A stretch of DNA of 64,000 nucleotides from Candidatus Methylarchaceae archaeon HK02M2 (lineage in GTDB: Archaea; Thermoproteota; Nitrososphaeria; Nitrososphaerales; JACAEJ01), in the NCBI GenBank assembly GCA_024256165.1, contig JAKLZG010000091.1, positions 8,045 to 72,044 of the forward strand, given 5' to 3'. The notes beneath the pieces were generated by a model. That model saw only the letters and a list, made by a program, of their open reading frames with translations. It made no database searches and had not been told where the DNA came from. The translations under genes and the position numbers were made by a program. Positions 46,433 to 57,016 of the stretch are shown in pieces (the stretch's first letter is position 1; every line of letters starts with the position of its first letter).

Positions 46433-48028
46433 CTAAACTTGACTTAAAGAATTGATGATATCTTCGATTTTTTTTAACGCACTATTAAAGCTATTTTTTG
46501 TATCATCAATATCATCAATTATATAGCAATTAAATAGTGAACTGGATATAATTTTAAATAATGAATTGTAAGCTTTCAAGTGATTTAGCAGGATAATCTT
46601 ATTAAATGAGTTTCTTTTAACAAATTCTTTCACATGTTTCACCACTTCTTTCATAACTTTGTAATCTAGTTCGAGGGAGCTTAAGTACTGTGATAGAGGA
46701 TAAACATCGGAGATTTCCACGGGTACTATACCAAAAGGAATTGATAAAAAAGCTACTTGAACTTTTTTTAGTTCCCCACCAAGACCCTTAATCAATTTGA
46801 TATATGATGGTGATTTATAGAAAGGTTTGACTTCAGATTCAGGAAGCAGTAAAAGAACCTTTTTCTTTATAGATACATCTTTTAAGAATCTTTCTAAGTA
46901 TCTTAAGACTTCAGGTCTCATTAGATCTTGATTCTCAGAAAAGAAGATTGATTTAGGTTTAAATAATGGCGTCCCATTTTCTAAAAATTCATAATTCTTA
47001 TTTAATGACCTAAAAAACTCCCAAAGTTTTGGGTGAGCTTTAGCCTTCGTACCAAGGTACTCCCAAATTCTACCATCCTTTAAAGCTTGTTTTGTTGTCC
47101 TCATTTCCTTTAAAAGAACGTTCAAGTTATGTATGGCTATCTTCTGAACTTTCTCTTCAACCTCAAACCCCTTAATTTCCTTTAATGTATGCGTTGTACA
47201 TATCGAACAATTACATGGTAGAAATGTAAGTTCATCCAACTTTGCAGTGCCGTAATCAGTCATATAGCGTCCTTCTCTAGCATATAATATATAGGATGCC
47301 GAATCAAAAAGATCACAACCAAGTGCCACGATAAGAGGGATCGTTAATGGATGCCCAGCGCCAAATAGATGTAGGGGCTTATTAATTGGAAGAATTTGCT
47401 TAACTGTAATTATCATCTGAGCTAATAAATTAAAGTTGTAAGATTCCATGACCTCTGTAGGACTTCCCAGAGCAAATATATCAAATGCCATCTTTCCAGT
47501 TAGCTCTGCAGATCTCTTTAAAAGGTCTATATAGCTACCACCTTGAATAGGACCAATCCAGAGTATTCTATTTGCTCTAACTGCTTTTAATGTTTCTTTA
47601 GCAGCCCTATATGTAATCTCAACAGTTTCACTAGCTCGCTCTACATTTACATTGGTCCCTGTAGGTGTATCTAGTACGATGGCTATGTCTGATCCAATTC
47701 TTTCTTGAAAGCTAGCCATCTCCAAAGGTGTGACTTCTATATCTCCATACTTCAGAATTTGATAGCCACCTGAATCTGTCATAATTATGCCATTAAAATC
47801 GACTATCTTGTGTATCCCTCTTTCTTCTGCTATTTTGCCAAGTGTTTTCAATGTTATATATGCATTCGTCATCACTGCTTTGAAACCGATTGCTGCAATT
47901 TCTTTAGGTGTAATACTTTGCCTTATTGGGTGAATTACGGGTAAGATACAAGGAGTCTCTAATGAACCTCTCTTGGTCTTTATCTTTCCTATCCTGCCTG
48001 CTAGATCGGTCGTCTTTATCTCAAACAT
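46433..48028 (-). CDS. tgtA: archaeosine tRNA-guanine transglycosylase
   Basis: MFEIKTTDLAGRIGKIKTKRGSLETPCILPV..., MTDSGGYQ, and a CxCxxC zinc site (LPCNCSICT). ATG 48028 is preferred over the upstream GTG 48058. Confidence 0.85.
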   Translation of the reverse strand: MFEIKTTDLAGRIGKIKTKRGSLETPCILPVIHPIRQSITPKEIAAIGFKAVMTNAYITLKTLGKIAEERGIHKIVDFNGIIMTDSGGYQILKYGDIEVTPLEMASFQERIGSDIAIVLDTPTGTNVNVERASETVEITYRAAKETLKAVRANRILWIGPIQGGSYIDLLKRSAELTGKMAFDIFALGSPTEVMESYNFNLLAQMIITVKQILPINKPLHLFGAGHPLTIPLIVALGCDLFDSASYILYAREGRYMTDYGTAKLDELTFLPCNCSICTTHTLKEIKGFEVEEKVQKIAIHNLNVLLKEMRTTKQALKDGRIWEYLGTKAKAHPKLWEFFRSLNKNYEFLENGTPLFKPKSIFFSENQDLMRPEVLRYLERFLKDVSIKKKVLLLLPESEVKPFYKSPSYIKLIKGLGGELKKVQVAFLSIPFGIVPVEISDVYPLSQYLSSLELDYKVMKEVVKHVKEFVKRNSFNKIILLNHLKAYNSLFKIISSSLFNCYIIDDIDDTKNSFNSALKKIEDIINSLSQV

Positions 48029-48041
48029 TCGTAAATTACAC

Positions 48042-48470
48042 TTACTTTGTAATTTCACTTACAAATTCATTATATACGGATTTCACCCTCTCAACGGCTA
48101 ATCCACTTCCTTCAACCCCTTGTTCTGTCACCTTTATCTTATCCATAACTATGATAGACCTTATGTCTTCCCTTATCTTAACCAATCCTGGGAAGACTCT
48201 ATTTAGTCTTTCAGCAAGAGCTTTCAGATCGAAAGGTTTTTCCACTAACCTTATTTCCTTGATAAAGTCTCTGTTCAATAGAACTTTGTAGACATTTTCA
48301 CCCACACCAGAAACATTATCTAAGATAACGTTAAGGTTTCCATCGACACCAACAAGATCACCTTCATAAATTCTACCTTCCGATGTCTCTAAAGCAACCT
48401 TCCGACCTATCATAGAAACGACCTCATTTGTAAACTTCTTGTTAATAATAGAAGACATATTTCCCCCCAC
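48042..48470 (-). CDS. Sm-like (LSm) domain protein with ~70-aa C-terminal extension
   Basis: IGRKVALETSEGRIYEGDLVGVDGNLNVILDNV (Sm1) ... VLLNRDFIKEIRLV (Sm2). Confidence 0.6.
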   Translation of the reverse strand: MGGNMSSIINKKFTNEVVSMIGRKVALETSEGRIYEGDLVGVDGNLNVILDNVSGVGENVYKVLLNRDFIKEIRLVEKPFDLKALAERLNRVFPGLVKIREDIRSIIVMDKIKVTEQGVEGSGLAVERVKSVYNEFVSEITK

Positions 48471-48597
48471 AATAATTAGATGATTATAAAGATAAAAATC
48501 ATTTTGTTTAGAAATCTATAAAGAACCATTTCTATGGACTTGATTAATATATACTCTAAGTTGTTATATTACTCCCATAAAGTTAAGTAATATAATT

Positions 48598-49172
48598 TCA
48601 ATCAAAAAATCGACTTAATTTTTCAGCTTCTGTGAAAAATTGTAACCAATCGATATCACCCACTCTTTTTTTAATATCTCCTTTAATCACCTTAATGATC
48701 TCTTCGACAACTTTTTTATCATCCCTTCCAGTCGTATCGAATTCAGCAATTTTGTCCCTTCCAAACTTTTTTAAAGCTTCATATGCACTAATGCTTAATA
48801 TTTCTGAAGCTATATTATCTTTAATTTTCTTTTTACTGTAATTTCTTGATAAGAACCTCTTCTCAAGCTCAAAAGGTGAGCATCTTAGCACGGCAACGAA
48901 CTCGATTTCTTGCTTGGATAACACGAAAGGTAAAAGATGGCCTACTATAACTATTTTTTTTTAAAAATTACTTCCTTAGCATACTTCCTTAGTAGAGGTA
49001 AATTTACAAGAATTCCGAGTGCATCTTCACTGATTATTGCGCCCTTTTCTATAGCTAGCTGATTCAAATCTAAAAAATCATAATGTAGAAGTTTAGCTAA
49101 CAATCTACCAATAGACTTCTTCCCTGTACCCGGATTACCTGTTATGCCAATTTTTTCAAAAAATTTTACCAT
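48598..49172 (-). pseudogene. fap7: Fap7 / adenylate kinase isoenzyme-6-like NTPase, interrupted by a -1 frame break in an A9 run
   Basis: The N-terminal ORF (48951-49172) carries IGITGNPGTGKKS (P-loop). The second frame is open from 48960 and reads KKIVIVGHLLPF...VAVLRCSPFELEKRFLSRNY...FDTTGRD. The two frames meet in T9 (plus strand, 48954-48962). Confidence 0.75.
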
Positions 49173-49232
49173 CTACTTTCATACCATCTAGTTATAAAGT
49201 AATAACACTATTTTTATATGATATGGATCTTT

Positions 49233-50330
49233 CTAATTGTTTAAATCCTCTCCAGATTCCTTTGCAAACTCTCTAAGGAGCTTTTTCTGCTTATCTGTTA
49301 ATCTTGTTGGAATGTTAACAATCACCTTAACCAATTCATCCCCTCTGCCAAAACCTCTTAGTTTTGGCATACCTTTGTTCTTTAATCTGAATACGGTTCC
49401 ACTCTGAGTGCCAGCGGGTATCTTGAGCCTTGCTTTTCCATTTATATTTGGAACATCTATCTCTGTACCTAATACTGCTCGAGGAAAGCTGATCTGAGTC
49501 TCATAGAAGATATCGTCTCCTTCTCGATTGAATATTTTATTGGATTTTACGGTTATTACAACATATAAATCTCCTGAGGGACCTCCTCTCACACCTGCTT
49601 CACCCTCACCCCTTAGCCTTAGAAGATAACCTGTATCTACTCCAGATGGAATTTCCACTCTTATCTTTCTATATTGTCTTATAACACCTGAACCACGGCA
49701 TTCTTTACAGGGATTTTCTATCACTACCTTTCTACCGTTACACTTATCACATGTCGTTACTTGGACAAATCTTGTAAAGCCGAGTGTACGAGTATATTCT
49801 AACTGTCCAGTACCATTGCATTTGGAGCAAGTCTTCTGTTCCGTTCCTGGACTTGCACCCGTTCCTTTACAATTCATGCATTTTTCTTTACGAGGAATTT
49901 CTATTTCGGTCTTTAACCCCTGAAAAGCATCTTCTAGAGTAATCTCAAGATCGTACCTTAAATCACTCCCCTTCTCAGGACTATAAGACTCGCGTCTACC
50001 AAAGAACTCCTCAAATATTTTACTGAAACCGCCGAATCCAAAGCTAAAATCCCTGAAGATCTCATCAAAGTTAACACCTCTGAAGATGTCTTCTCTCGTG
50101 TATCTGCTATCAATACCCTCATGACCGTACATATCGTACTGTCTTCGTTTTTCTTCATTAGATAGTACAGCGTAGGCTTCGGATATCTCTTTGAATTTTT
50201 CCTCTGAATCAGGTGATTTATTCCTATCGGGATGATACTGTAGAGCTAATTTGCGATAAGCGTTTTTTATATCTTGTGCGCCTGCATCTCTTGAGACACC
50301 TAAAATCTCATAGTAATCCTTTTTTCCCAT
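49233..50330 (-). CDS. dnaJ: chaperone DnaJ
   Basis: J-domain with YHPDRN, G/F region, and four CxxCxGxG zinc repeats. Confidence 0.95.
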   Translation of the reverse strand: MGKKDYYEILGVSRDAGAQDIKNAYRKLALQYHPDRNKSPDSEEKFKEISEAYAVLSNEEKRRQYDMYGHEGIDSRYTREDIFRGVNFDEIFRDFSFGFGGFSKIFEEFFGRRESYSPEKGSDLRYDLEITLEDAFQGLKTEIEIPRKEKCMNCKGTGASPGTEQKTCSKCNGTGQLEYTRTLGFTRFVQVTTCDKCNGRKVVIENPCKECRGSGVIRQYRKIRVEIPSGVDTGYLLRLRGEGEAGVRGGPSGDLYVVITVKSNKIFNREGDDIFYETQISFPRAVLGTEIDVPNINGKARLKIPAGTQSGTVFRLKNKGMPKLRGFGRGDELVKVIVNIPTRLTDKQKKLLREFAKESGEDLNN

Positions 50331-50353
50331 GAAAGGTCAACTAATAATGAAAA

Positions 50354-52246
50354 TTACTTTTTATCATCGTCCACTACTTCATAGTCAGCATCGACCACTT
50401 TTTCTTTTTCTCCTTCTTTTGGTTGTGGAGCATCCTGACCCTTTTGTTCCTTGGCCTGCTGTTCAGCTGCTTGTTGATAAGCAGTGGCGCCTATCTCCTG
50501 CAGAATTTTGGATAGTTGTTCGCTTTTAACCTTAATGTTGTCTATGTTTTTCTCACCAACAGTACTTCTTAATTCGTTTGTAGCTTTATCTATTTTTTCT
50601 ATCTGATCTTGGCTCAATTTGTCTTTAAGATCAGATTTTATCTTTTCAGCAGTATAGATCAGAGTTTCGGCGGCATTTATTACTTCCACCTCCTCTCTCC
50701 TTTTCTTGTCCTGCTCAGCAAATTTCTCTGCTTCTTTGACCATACTGTCAATCTCTTCTTGGGATAGCTTCTTTGATGCGGTAATATCTATCTTCTGTTC
50801 CTTATTCGTAGCTAGATCTTTAGCTGTGACATGTAATATTCCATTTACATCGATATCATAAGTTACCTCTATTTGTGGCACCCCTCTAGGAGCTGGGGGG
50901 ATTCCTGATAAATTGAACATACCTAATGAAACATTGTCAGAAGCCATGGTTCTCTCCCCTTGTAAAACATTAATTGTCACAGTTGTTTGGAAATCAGCAG
51001 CAGTTGTAAAGATTTGAGTTCTTTTTGTCGGAATAGTAGTGTTACGTTCGATTATCTTTGTTGATATTCCACCAAGGGTTTCTACTCCCAAAGACAATGG
51101 CGTAACATCTAGTAGGAGAATGTCTTTCACTTCACCAGCTATTATTGCTCCTTGAATAGCTGCTCCTATAGCTACACACTCCATAGGGTCTACACCTACC
51201 TCAGGAGGTTTGGCGACAATTTCTTCAATCGATTTCCTAACGAGAGGCATCCTTGTTTGACCACCAATCAATATTATTTTATCGATATCCTTCGGTGTTA
51301 ATTTTGCATCGTCTAGAACTCTTTTGATAGTATCCTCTGTCTTTCTTACAATAGGTCGAGCAAGCTCTTCTAACTTTGACCTCGTCAAAGTGTATCGTAA
51401 ATGTTTAGGGCCTTCTTTATCCATAGCTATAAAAGGAAGGTCAATATCCGTTGTAAGAAGTGAAGAGAGCTCTATCTTTGCCTTCTCGGCAGCCTCCTTT
51501 AGCCTCGTCATAGCTGTCTTGTCGCTTCTTATGTCTATACCAGTCTGATTCTTGAATTCCTCAATAAGGTGATTAACTATTGCGTAGTCAATATCTGCTC
51601 CGCCTGTCTGTGTATCTCCACTTGTTGCTATAACTTGAAATACTCCTCCTCCAAAATCCATTGCAGTAACATCATGTGTTCCTCCTCCAAAGCTAAACAC
51701 TATTATCTTCATCTCTTTTTCGAGCTTATCTAATCCATAAGCCAAGCAAGCTGCAGTAGGTTCATTTATTATTCTTGAAATATTCAAACCTGCTATAGTG
51801 CCTGCATCCTTAGTAGCCTGCCTTTGATTGTCGTTAAAATGAGCTGGAATAGTTATAACTGCTTTTTCAACGGTTCTCCCAAGAAAAGTCTCTGCATCTC
51901 TCTTTATCTTCTGTAGGATAAATGCAGAAATTTGTTGTGGAGTAAATTCCTTATCAGATATGTAAACTTTATAATCGCTTCCCATCTTTCTTTTAATTTC
52001 AAAGATCGTTCCTTCAGGATTTGTTAATGCTTGCCTTTTAGCTGGTTCTCCAACCAATAGTTGTCCATCCTTCGTAAATGCGACCACAGAGGGGAACATC
52101 TTGCCTGCTACTGTAGGTCCTTCAGCACTAGGTATTATCACAGGTCTGCCTGCTTCCATCATTGATGCAGCTGAATTAGTTGTTCCTAAATCGATTCCCA
52201 ATATCTTTTCCTTAGATTTTCCCTCAGAGTTACTCATGATTTCCAT
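50354..52246 (-). CDS. dnaK: chaperone DnaK (Hsp70)
   Basis: [18 protein letters not shown]-like FGGGTHDV, and a C-terminal acidic tail. ATG 52246 overlaps the grpE stop, preceded by GAGGAG. Confidence 0.95.
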   Translation of the reverse strand: MEIMSNSEGKSKEKILGIDLGTTNSAASMMEAGRPVIIPSAEGPTVAGKMFPSVVAFTKDGQLLVGEPAKRQALTNPEGTIFEIKRKMGSDYKVYISDKEFTPQQISAFILQKIKRDAETFLGRTVEKAVITIPAHFNDNQRQATKDAGTIAGLNISRIINEPTAACLAYGLDKLEKEMKIIVFSFGGGTHDVTAMDFGGGVFQVIATSGDTQTGGADIDYAIVNHLIEEFKNQTGIDIRSDKTAMTRLKEAAEKAKIELSSLLTTDIDLPFIAMDKEGPKHLRYTLTRSKLEELARPIVRKTEDTIKRVLDDAKLTPKDIDKIILIGGQTRMPLVRKSIEEIVAKPPEVGVDPMECVAIGAAIQGAIIAGEVKDILLLDVTPLSLGVETLGGISTKIIERNTTIPTKRTQIFTTAADFQTTVTINVLQGERTMASDNVSLGMFNLSGIPPAPRGVPQIEVTYDIDVNGILHVTAKDLATNKEQKIDITASKKLSQEEIDSMVKEAEKFAEQDKKRREEVEVINAAETLIYTAEKIKSDLKDKLSQDQIEKIDKATNELRSTVGEKNIDNIKVKSEQLSKILQEIGATAYQQAAEQQAKEQKGQDAPQPKEGEKEKVVDADYEVVDDDKK

Positions 52247-52833
52247 CACTCCTCATTATATGGATTAAGAGCGACCTTCACCTTACTTGGTCTTATTAAT
52301 TTATCATTTAATAGATACCCTTTTTGCATCTCTTCAACAATCATATTGGAAGGGCAATCTTTAGTTTCAATCTTATCTATCGCTTCATGCAAATTTGGAT
52401 CGAATGCACTCCCTATAGTATATATCTCTTCGACCCCTTCTTTTCTGAGAATCTCTTTTAGATCTTTGAAAATAATCTCCACCCCATCTAACAATGTCTC
52501 TTTATTCTTTACTTCCCTACCGGATATCATCGCTCTTTCCAGATTATCAACAACATCTAATAATTTAATTATTAATCGCTCGTTTCCATACTTCACTAAT
52601 TCGATCATATCCTTGTTCACTCTTTTTTTATAATTATCAAAATCCGCCTGAAGGTACTTTAAACGGTTAAGATAATCTTCAGCTCTATTTTGCTCTTCTT
52701 TCAAAGCTTTTCTTAATTCATCTAGCTCACTTAATACTTTTCTTGAATCTATAGCTTTATCGATTGGTACAGTATCTTTATTTTTCTCTTTTTCTACCAC
52801 AGCTTCTTCTGTCATTTTGATGAGCCTCCACAT
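52246..52833 (-). CDS. grpE: nucleotide exchange factor GrpE
   Basis: Coiled-coil N-terminus, ...[12 protein letters not shown]..., ...FDPNLHEA..., and position upstream of dnaK. Confidence 0.9.
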   Translation of the reverse strand: MWRLIKMTEEAVVEKEKNKDTVPIDKAIDSRKVLSELDELRKALKEEQNRAEDYLNRLKYLQADFDNYKKRVNKDMIELVKYGNERLIIKLLDVVDNLERAMISGREVKNKETLLDGVEIIFKDLKEILRKEGVEEIYTIGSAFDPNLHEAIDKIETKDCPSNMIVEEMQKGYLLNDKLIRPSKVKVALNPYNEE

Positions 52834-52995
52834 AAATATGTTAAATGTAAAGTTAAGTCAGAATTTAAAAAAAGGTCAATTATTTTATTTAAATATTATG
52901 CTTCTGAATTTTGAGAATAAATATCAGTATGAAATTTTAGTAATGGATTAACTATAATGATAAATTTATTAATTAGAATAGGTTTGGGATTCAAC

Positions 52996-53232
52996 ATGCC
53001 TCTAGCATTTGTGTTGATAAATGCCGATCTAGGAGCAGAGGAAGAATTAGTAGGAGAGCTTAAGAAGATTACGAATGTAAAAGAGGTTTATGTAGTCTAT
53101 GGTGTCTATGATATAATAGCTAAGATAGAAGCTGATTCTATGGAGAAGGTAAAAGAGACAGTAACATGGAAGATTAGACGTTTAGATAAAGTTCGGTCTA
53201 CACTCACAATGATAGTAGTTGAGGTTCCGTAG
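52996..53232 (+). CDS. stand-alone Lrp/AsnC ligand-binding (RAM) domain protein
   Basis: MPLAFVLINADLGAEEELVGELKKITNVKEVYVVYGVYDIIAKIEADSMEKV has the typical RAM-domain beta-alpha-beta-beta-alpha-beta pattern. Confidence 0.6.
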   Translation: MPLAFVLINADLGAEEELVGELKKITNVKEVYVVYGVYDIIAKIEADSMEKVKETVTWKIRRLDKVRSTLTMIVVEVP

Positions 53233-53289
53233 ATAATAACTAAATTCATCTATAACTATAACCAATAATCTCATCCGCCTCTTTTACCT

Positions 53290-54336
53290 GTGAGGACTAA
53301 CATAGAAACTTTAATACAAACATCAGGTTATAGACAAAATTGGGCTATAATGCTTTTTATATCTGCTCTGAGGAAAATCCTAAAAGGCTTTACCAGAACA
53401 GCCGTTTTTGCAGTAACTACCAAGTGTAATTGTAAGTGTATTATGTGCGACATGCATCGGAAGAATCCTGAATCTATCAATTGTGAGGAGGCGTTTAAAA
53501 TCATAGATTTTCTCACTCAGAACAGATTTCTCATACTTTATCTAACGGGCGGTGAACCAACTCTTCACCCTGACATTATAAAGATTTTGAAGTATAGTAG
53601 TAAAAAGGGTTTGATAACGAGTATGACAACCAATGGGACAATATCACATAATCTGCTTTTAGCTTGCAAGGAAGCAGGGCTATCTCTTCTAAGTGTTTCA
53701 CTTGATCATTGGGATACAAAAATATGTGAAGATATTCGACGACATAGCCAAATAAGTAAGAAACAGATTGATGCAATTAGGTATGCGAAAAAGATCGGAT
53801 TAAGAACTCATGCTTTGTCATTCTTGAATCCCTTTCTGTTAAGGGACGGAGTAGAGAATATGGTTAGATATGTAAATGAGGAATTGGGAGTACCATTCGG
53901 TTTTTGCTACCCAACAATATGTGATGTGAACTCATATAGATTAGGTGGTGAGATTTCTGAGAAAGAACTATTGCGTAACTTACGAAAAGGTATAGCCATG
54001 ATACTATCGCTAAAGAAAAGGGGGTACGAAATTTTGAATTCTGGAACATATATCGAAGATATACTTAACTTTTTTAACAACCAACCTCCTAACTTTTACT
54101 GTAGGGGAGGGCAAGATGTTTTCTATATCGATTGGATAGGAGACATTTATCCATGCTTTGCGAAACCGAAGCTCTTCAATATACTGAAAGATAGACCCCA
54201 TTTCCTTGAGAATATAATGTGTAATGAGTGTCTTACAAACTGTTTCCGTGAACCTTCACTCTTCCCACAACTCTTTTATCCAAACCTTATTATCAAGGAG
54301 GCTCTTTTACATCCATCGAAGTTGATTTTTATTTGA
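53290..54336 (+). CDS. radical SAM protein (function unknown)
   Basis: VTTKCNCKCIMC (CxxxCxxC), LTGGEPTL, and additional C-terminal cysteines. GTG start, or ATG at 53350. Confidence 0.7.
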   Translation: MRTNIETLIQTSGYRQNWAIMLFISALRKILKGFTRTAVFAVTTKCNCKCIMCDMHRKNPESINCEEAFKIIDFLTQNRFLILYLTGGEPTLHPDIIKILKYSSKKGLITSMTTNGTISHNLLLACKEAGLSLLSVSLDHWDTKICEDIRRHSQISKKQIDAIRYAKKIGLRTHALSFLNPFLLRDGVENMVRYVNEELGVPFGFCYPTICDVNSYRLGGEISEKELLRNLRKGIAMILSLKKRGYEILNSGTYIEDILNFFNNQPPNFYCRGGQDVFYIDWIGDIYPCFAKPKLFNILKDRPHFLENIMCNECLTNCFREPSLFPQLFYPNLIIKEALLHPSKLIFI

Positions 54337-54417
54337 TACTAAAGTGTAGATCGCAGTGAAATCTCAAGAATTAGATACAATCTATGCTAAATCTGAATCA
54401 TTTGCGAGACGGTTCCA

Positions 54418-55710
54418 TTGAACAAACTTCAGATACTTAACATAGGTCTTGATGATACAGATTCCAAAGATGGGATGTGTACTACATATATTGGCGCCAT
54501 AGTTGTAGATAAGCTTAAGGAGATGGGCGTGGAGATAATTGATTATCCATGTCTTATTAGGCTCAATCCCAACTGGGTTTTGAAGACTAGGGGAAATTGT
54601 GCTATCTCGATAAAAGTTAAAACAAAAGCCGAGTTGATACCTGACATAAAGCAGATTGTTATAGAGACTGTAAATCAACTGGCAGAGTTAGATCATTGGA
54701 CAACGAATCCAGGCGTTGTGTTCTTTGAAGGTAGTAATATCCCAGAGGAGTTAAAGGCTTATTCAAATAAAGTAATACAAGATATTACGACTATCAGTGA
54801 AGCAGAAGCTCTATCGAAGAAGATTGGTGCTGAATTTTTTAAATTTAAAATAGGGAGGGGGATTATAGGTGCTTTAGCAGCTATAGGTAATGAATTAAAG
54901 CAAGATAAAACCTATGAACTTATAGCTTATAGAGTGCCAAACAACCGTGGCACAGAAAGAAAGATAGATAAAGAATCCGTTTTAAAGATGAATAAACTGA
55001 CTTACCCAATGACATTCGATAATATCGATCTTGTAAAAGGTGAAATAAGAATAACACCCCACACACCTTGTCCAATCTTGTATGGGATTAGAGCTGAAAA
55101 TCCCCAAATAGCAAAGAAAGCTCACAACATTACAAAAGCATTTGAGCCGATAGAAAGATGGGTGATATTCAAAACGAATCAAGCTACGGATGAACATATA
55201 AAAAATGCAAAGATATCTGAAGTGAAACCAGATCGTTCTTTTTTAGTTGAGGGAGAAGTTTGTGTGAAGCCACGAATCATACTTGGGGGTCATGTTATAT
55301 TCAGAATAAGAGATGAGAATGGTGGGATAGACTGTGCTGCCTATGAGCCTACGAGACAATTCAGAGAGATAGTTTTAAAATTAATGGTCGGTGATATAAT
55401 CAAAGCCTATGGTGGAGTTAAGCTAAAGCCATCTTTACCATTGACTATAAATCTTGAGAAAATAGAAATTGTTAAGCTAAGCCCTGTCTTGAAGAAGATA
55501 AATCCAGTTTGTTCATCATGTAGCAAGAGGATGAAGTCAGCTGGGAAAGGGAAGGGATTTAGGTGTAAAATATGTAAACTTAAGCTACCTAACAAAGCAC
55601 TTTACTTTGAACAGATACCAAGAGGTATAACTCTAGGATTCTACGAAGTTCCGCCTAGGGCTAGGAGACACTTAGCAAAACCATTGATCCGCTTTTCACA
55701 ACGAGTCTGA
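54418..55710 (+). CDS. tiaS: tRNA(Ile2) 2-agmatinylcytidine synthetase
   Basis: LNIGLDDTDSKDGMCTTYIG N-terminal signature, and a C-terminal CSSC...CKIC zinc ribbon. TTG start. Confidence 0.85.
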   Translation: MNKLQILNIGLDDTDSKDGMCTTYIGAIVVDKLKEMGVEIIDYPCLIRLNPNWVLKTRGNCAISIKVKTKAELIPDIKQIVIETVNQLAELDHWTTNPGVVFFEGSNIPEELKAYSNKVIQDITTISEAEALSKKIGAEFFKFKIGRGIIGALAAIGNELKQDKTYELIAYRVPNNRGTERKIDKESVLKMNKLTYPMTFDNIDLVKGEIRITPHTPCPILYGIRAENPQIAKKAHNITKAFEPIERWVIFKTNQATDEHIKNAKISEVKPDRSFLVEGEVCVKPRIILGGHVIFRIRDENGGIDCAAYEPTRQFREIVLKLMVGDIIKAYGGVKLKPSLPLTINLEKIEIVKLSPVLKKINPVCSSCSKRMKSAGKGKGFRCKICKLKLPNKALYFEQIPRGITLGFYEVPPRARRHLAKPLIRFSQRV

Positions 55711-55795
55711 GGATAAATAATTCATGAAACCAGATTTATCTTAATATATTTTTATTTGTTGATATTCTTGCAGTGATCGTTTTTTAAACAATTTA

Positions 55796-57016
55796 TTAAT
55801 GACTTTGCAAAGACGTTATTACATCAACAGGCAGGTTGGCTTTTATAATGATCGAACTCATTCCCAGCTCGGTCTGACTATTTTTAAGTACTATTCCAAA
55901 ATCTTCGTTTGAACAAGCTAAAATGATGTTATTTTTACCTGTATAAGGAGGCATTCCTCGTTTTACGCCTAATCTTGGATATAGAGCTTGTAGATAAGGT
56001 ATGGTGTTGAGTGCAACTACACTTCCAACACAATCATGAAGCTTTTCTATGAGTGTAGAAAAAATCGATATTTTATCCTCCCTAATCTCAAAAGGATCTA
56101 TTGACCATGCTACTAAAATCCTAGCCCTACCCGCTTTTAGCCCCTCCTCTTTTAATATGTCACGAATCCTGTTTATAAGATATTTAATATACCCTTCTAA
56201 ACTTTTCAATATGCCTGACATCGTATACCATAATGGTTCACCAGTCTTTAAGGTCTTTGTGATCGCTTTTATATCAAATAAATTCTCACTTATCGTCTCT
56301 AGATAAGCCTCCTTTTGACTATCTGTAAAGCACTCCGGAGAAATCCAATCACTAGATCTGCTTAACTTTTTACATAACTCTAATTCCATCGCGATAGAAC
56401 TATATTTTCTTATTACATGTTTGGAATAAAGCCATTCAGCTAAGTATAAGGGTAGGATATCAGGTACATCGATCAGCGCCGATTTGAGAGTTTCGATAAC
56501 AGCTTCATCTAAATTCATTCTCCTTGAACCTATAAATACAGGTTCATTGGTTTTCGGGTTTAGTGGAGCATATATGTAATCAAAGCCTACACCTACTTCT
56601 AATCCAGTAAGTTTTTCAATCAATGATATGATCTCTCTATTGCCACCATAACTCATCGGCAACATATTTACAAATACCACTCCTTTTGAAAGATGTTTTG
56701 ATACAGTCTTTAGTCTCAAGCTGATCTTGGATTTACCTTCTATGCCATGAGTTCTTATTTTAGGGGCGAAGAATATGCATTTAGCTTTGCTTATTGCATC
56801 TTCCATAGATTCAAGACCAAGTAATGGCTCATCTTCAAGAAGAGCTGCGATCGAATTGAATCTAGCGAGTATTTTATTTTTTAACTGCATGCCAACATTT
56901 AGGTTCTCATCCACTAGGGTAGTCTGTATGTCAAAAAACGAAAGTGAAGAAGCAATTCTATAGCCTTCGGTACTTAGACCAAAAATTGTAATCGGAGCGA
57001 GGATATTTTTAGACAA
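55796..57016 (-). CDS. UDP-glucose/GDP-mannose dehydrogenase-fold protein with degenerate cofactor and catalytic motifs
   Basis: Segment-by-segment resemblance to UDP-sugar dehydrogenases: ITIFGLSTEGYRIASSLS versus I.viGlGYVGl; VSKHLSKGVVFVNMLPMSYGG; GFDYIYAPLNP; LAEWLYSKHVIRKYSSIAMELE. However, GxGxxG reads GLSTEG, and I see no GGxCxxKD-type cysteine motif. Confidence 0.45.
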   Translation of the reverse strand: MSKNILAPITIFGLSTEGYRIASSLSFFDIQTTLVDENLNVGMQLKNKILARFNSIAALLEDEPLLGLESMEDAISKAKCIFFAPKIRTHGIEGKSKISLRLKTVSKHLSKGVVFVNMLPMSYGGNREIISLIEKLTGLEVGVGFDYIYAPLNPKTNEPVFIGSRRMNLDEAVIETLKSALIDVPDILPLYLAEWLYSKHVIRKYSSIAMELELCKKLSRSSDWISPECFTDSQKEAYLETISENLFDIKAITKTLKTGEPLWYTMSGILKSLEGYIKYLINRIRDILKEEGLKAGRARILVAWSIDPFEIREDKISIFSTLIEKLHDCVGSVVALNTIPYLQALYPRLGVKRGMPPYTGKNNIILACSNEDFGIVLKNSQTELGMSSIIIKANLPVDVITSLQSH

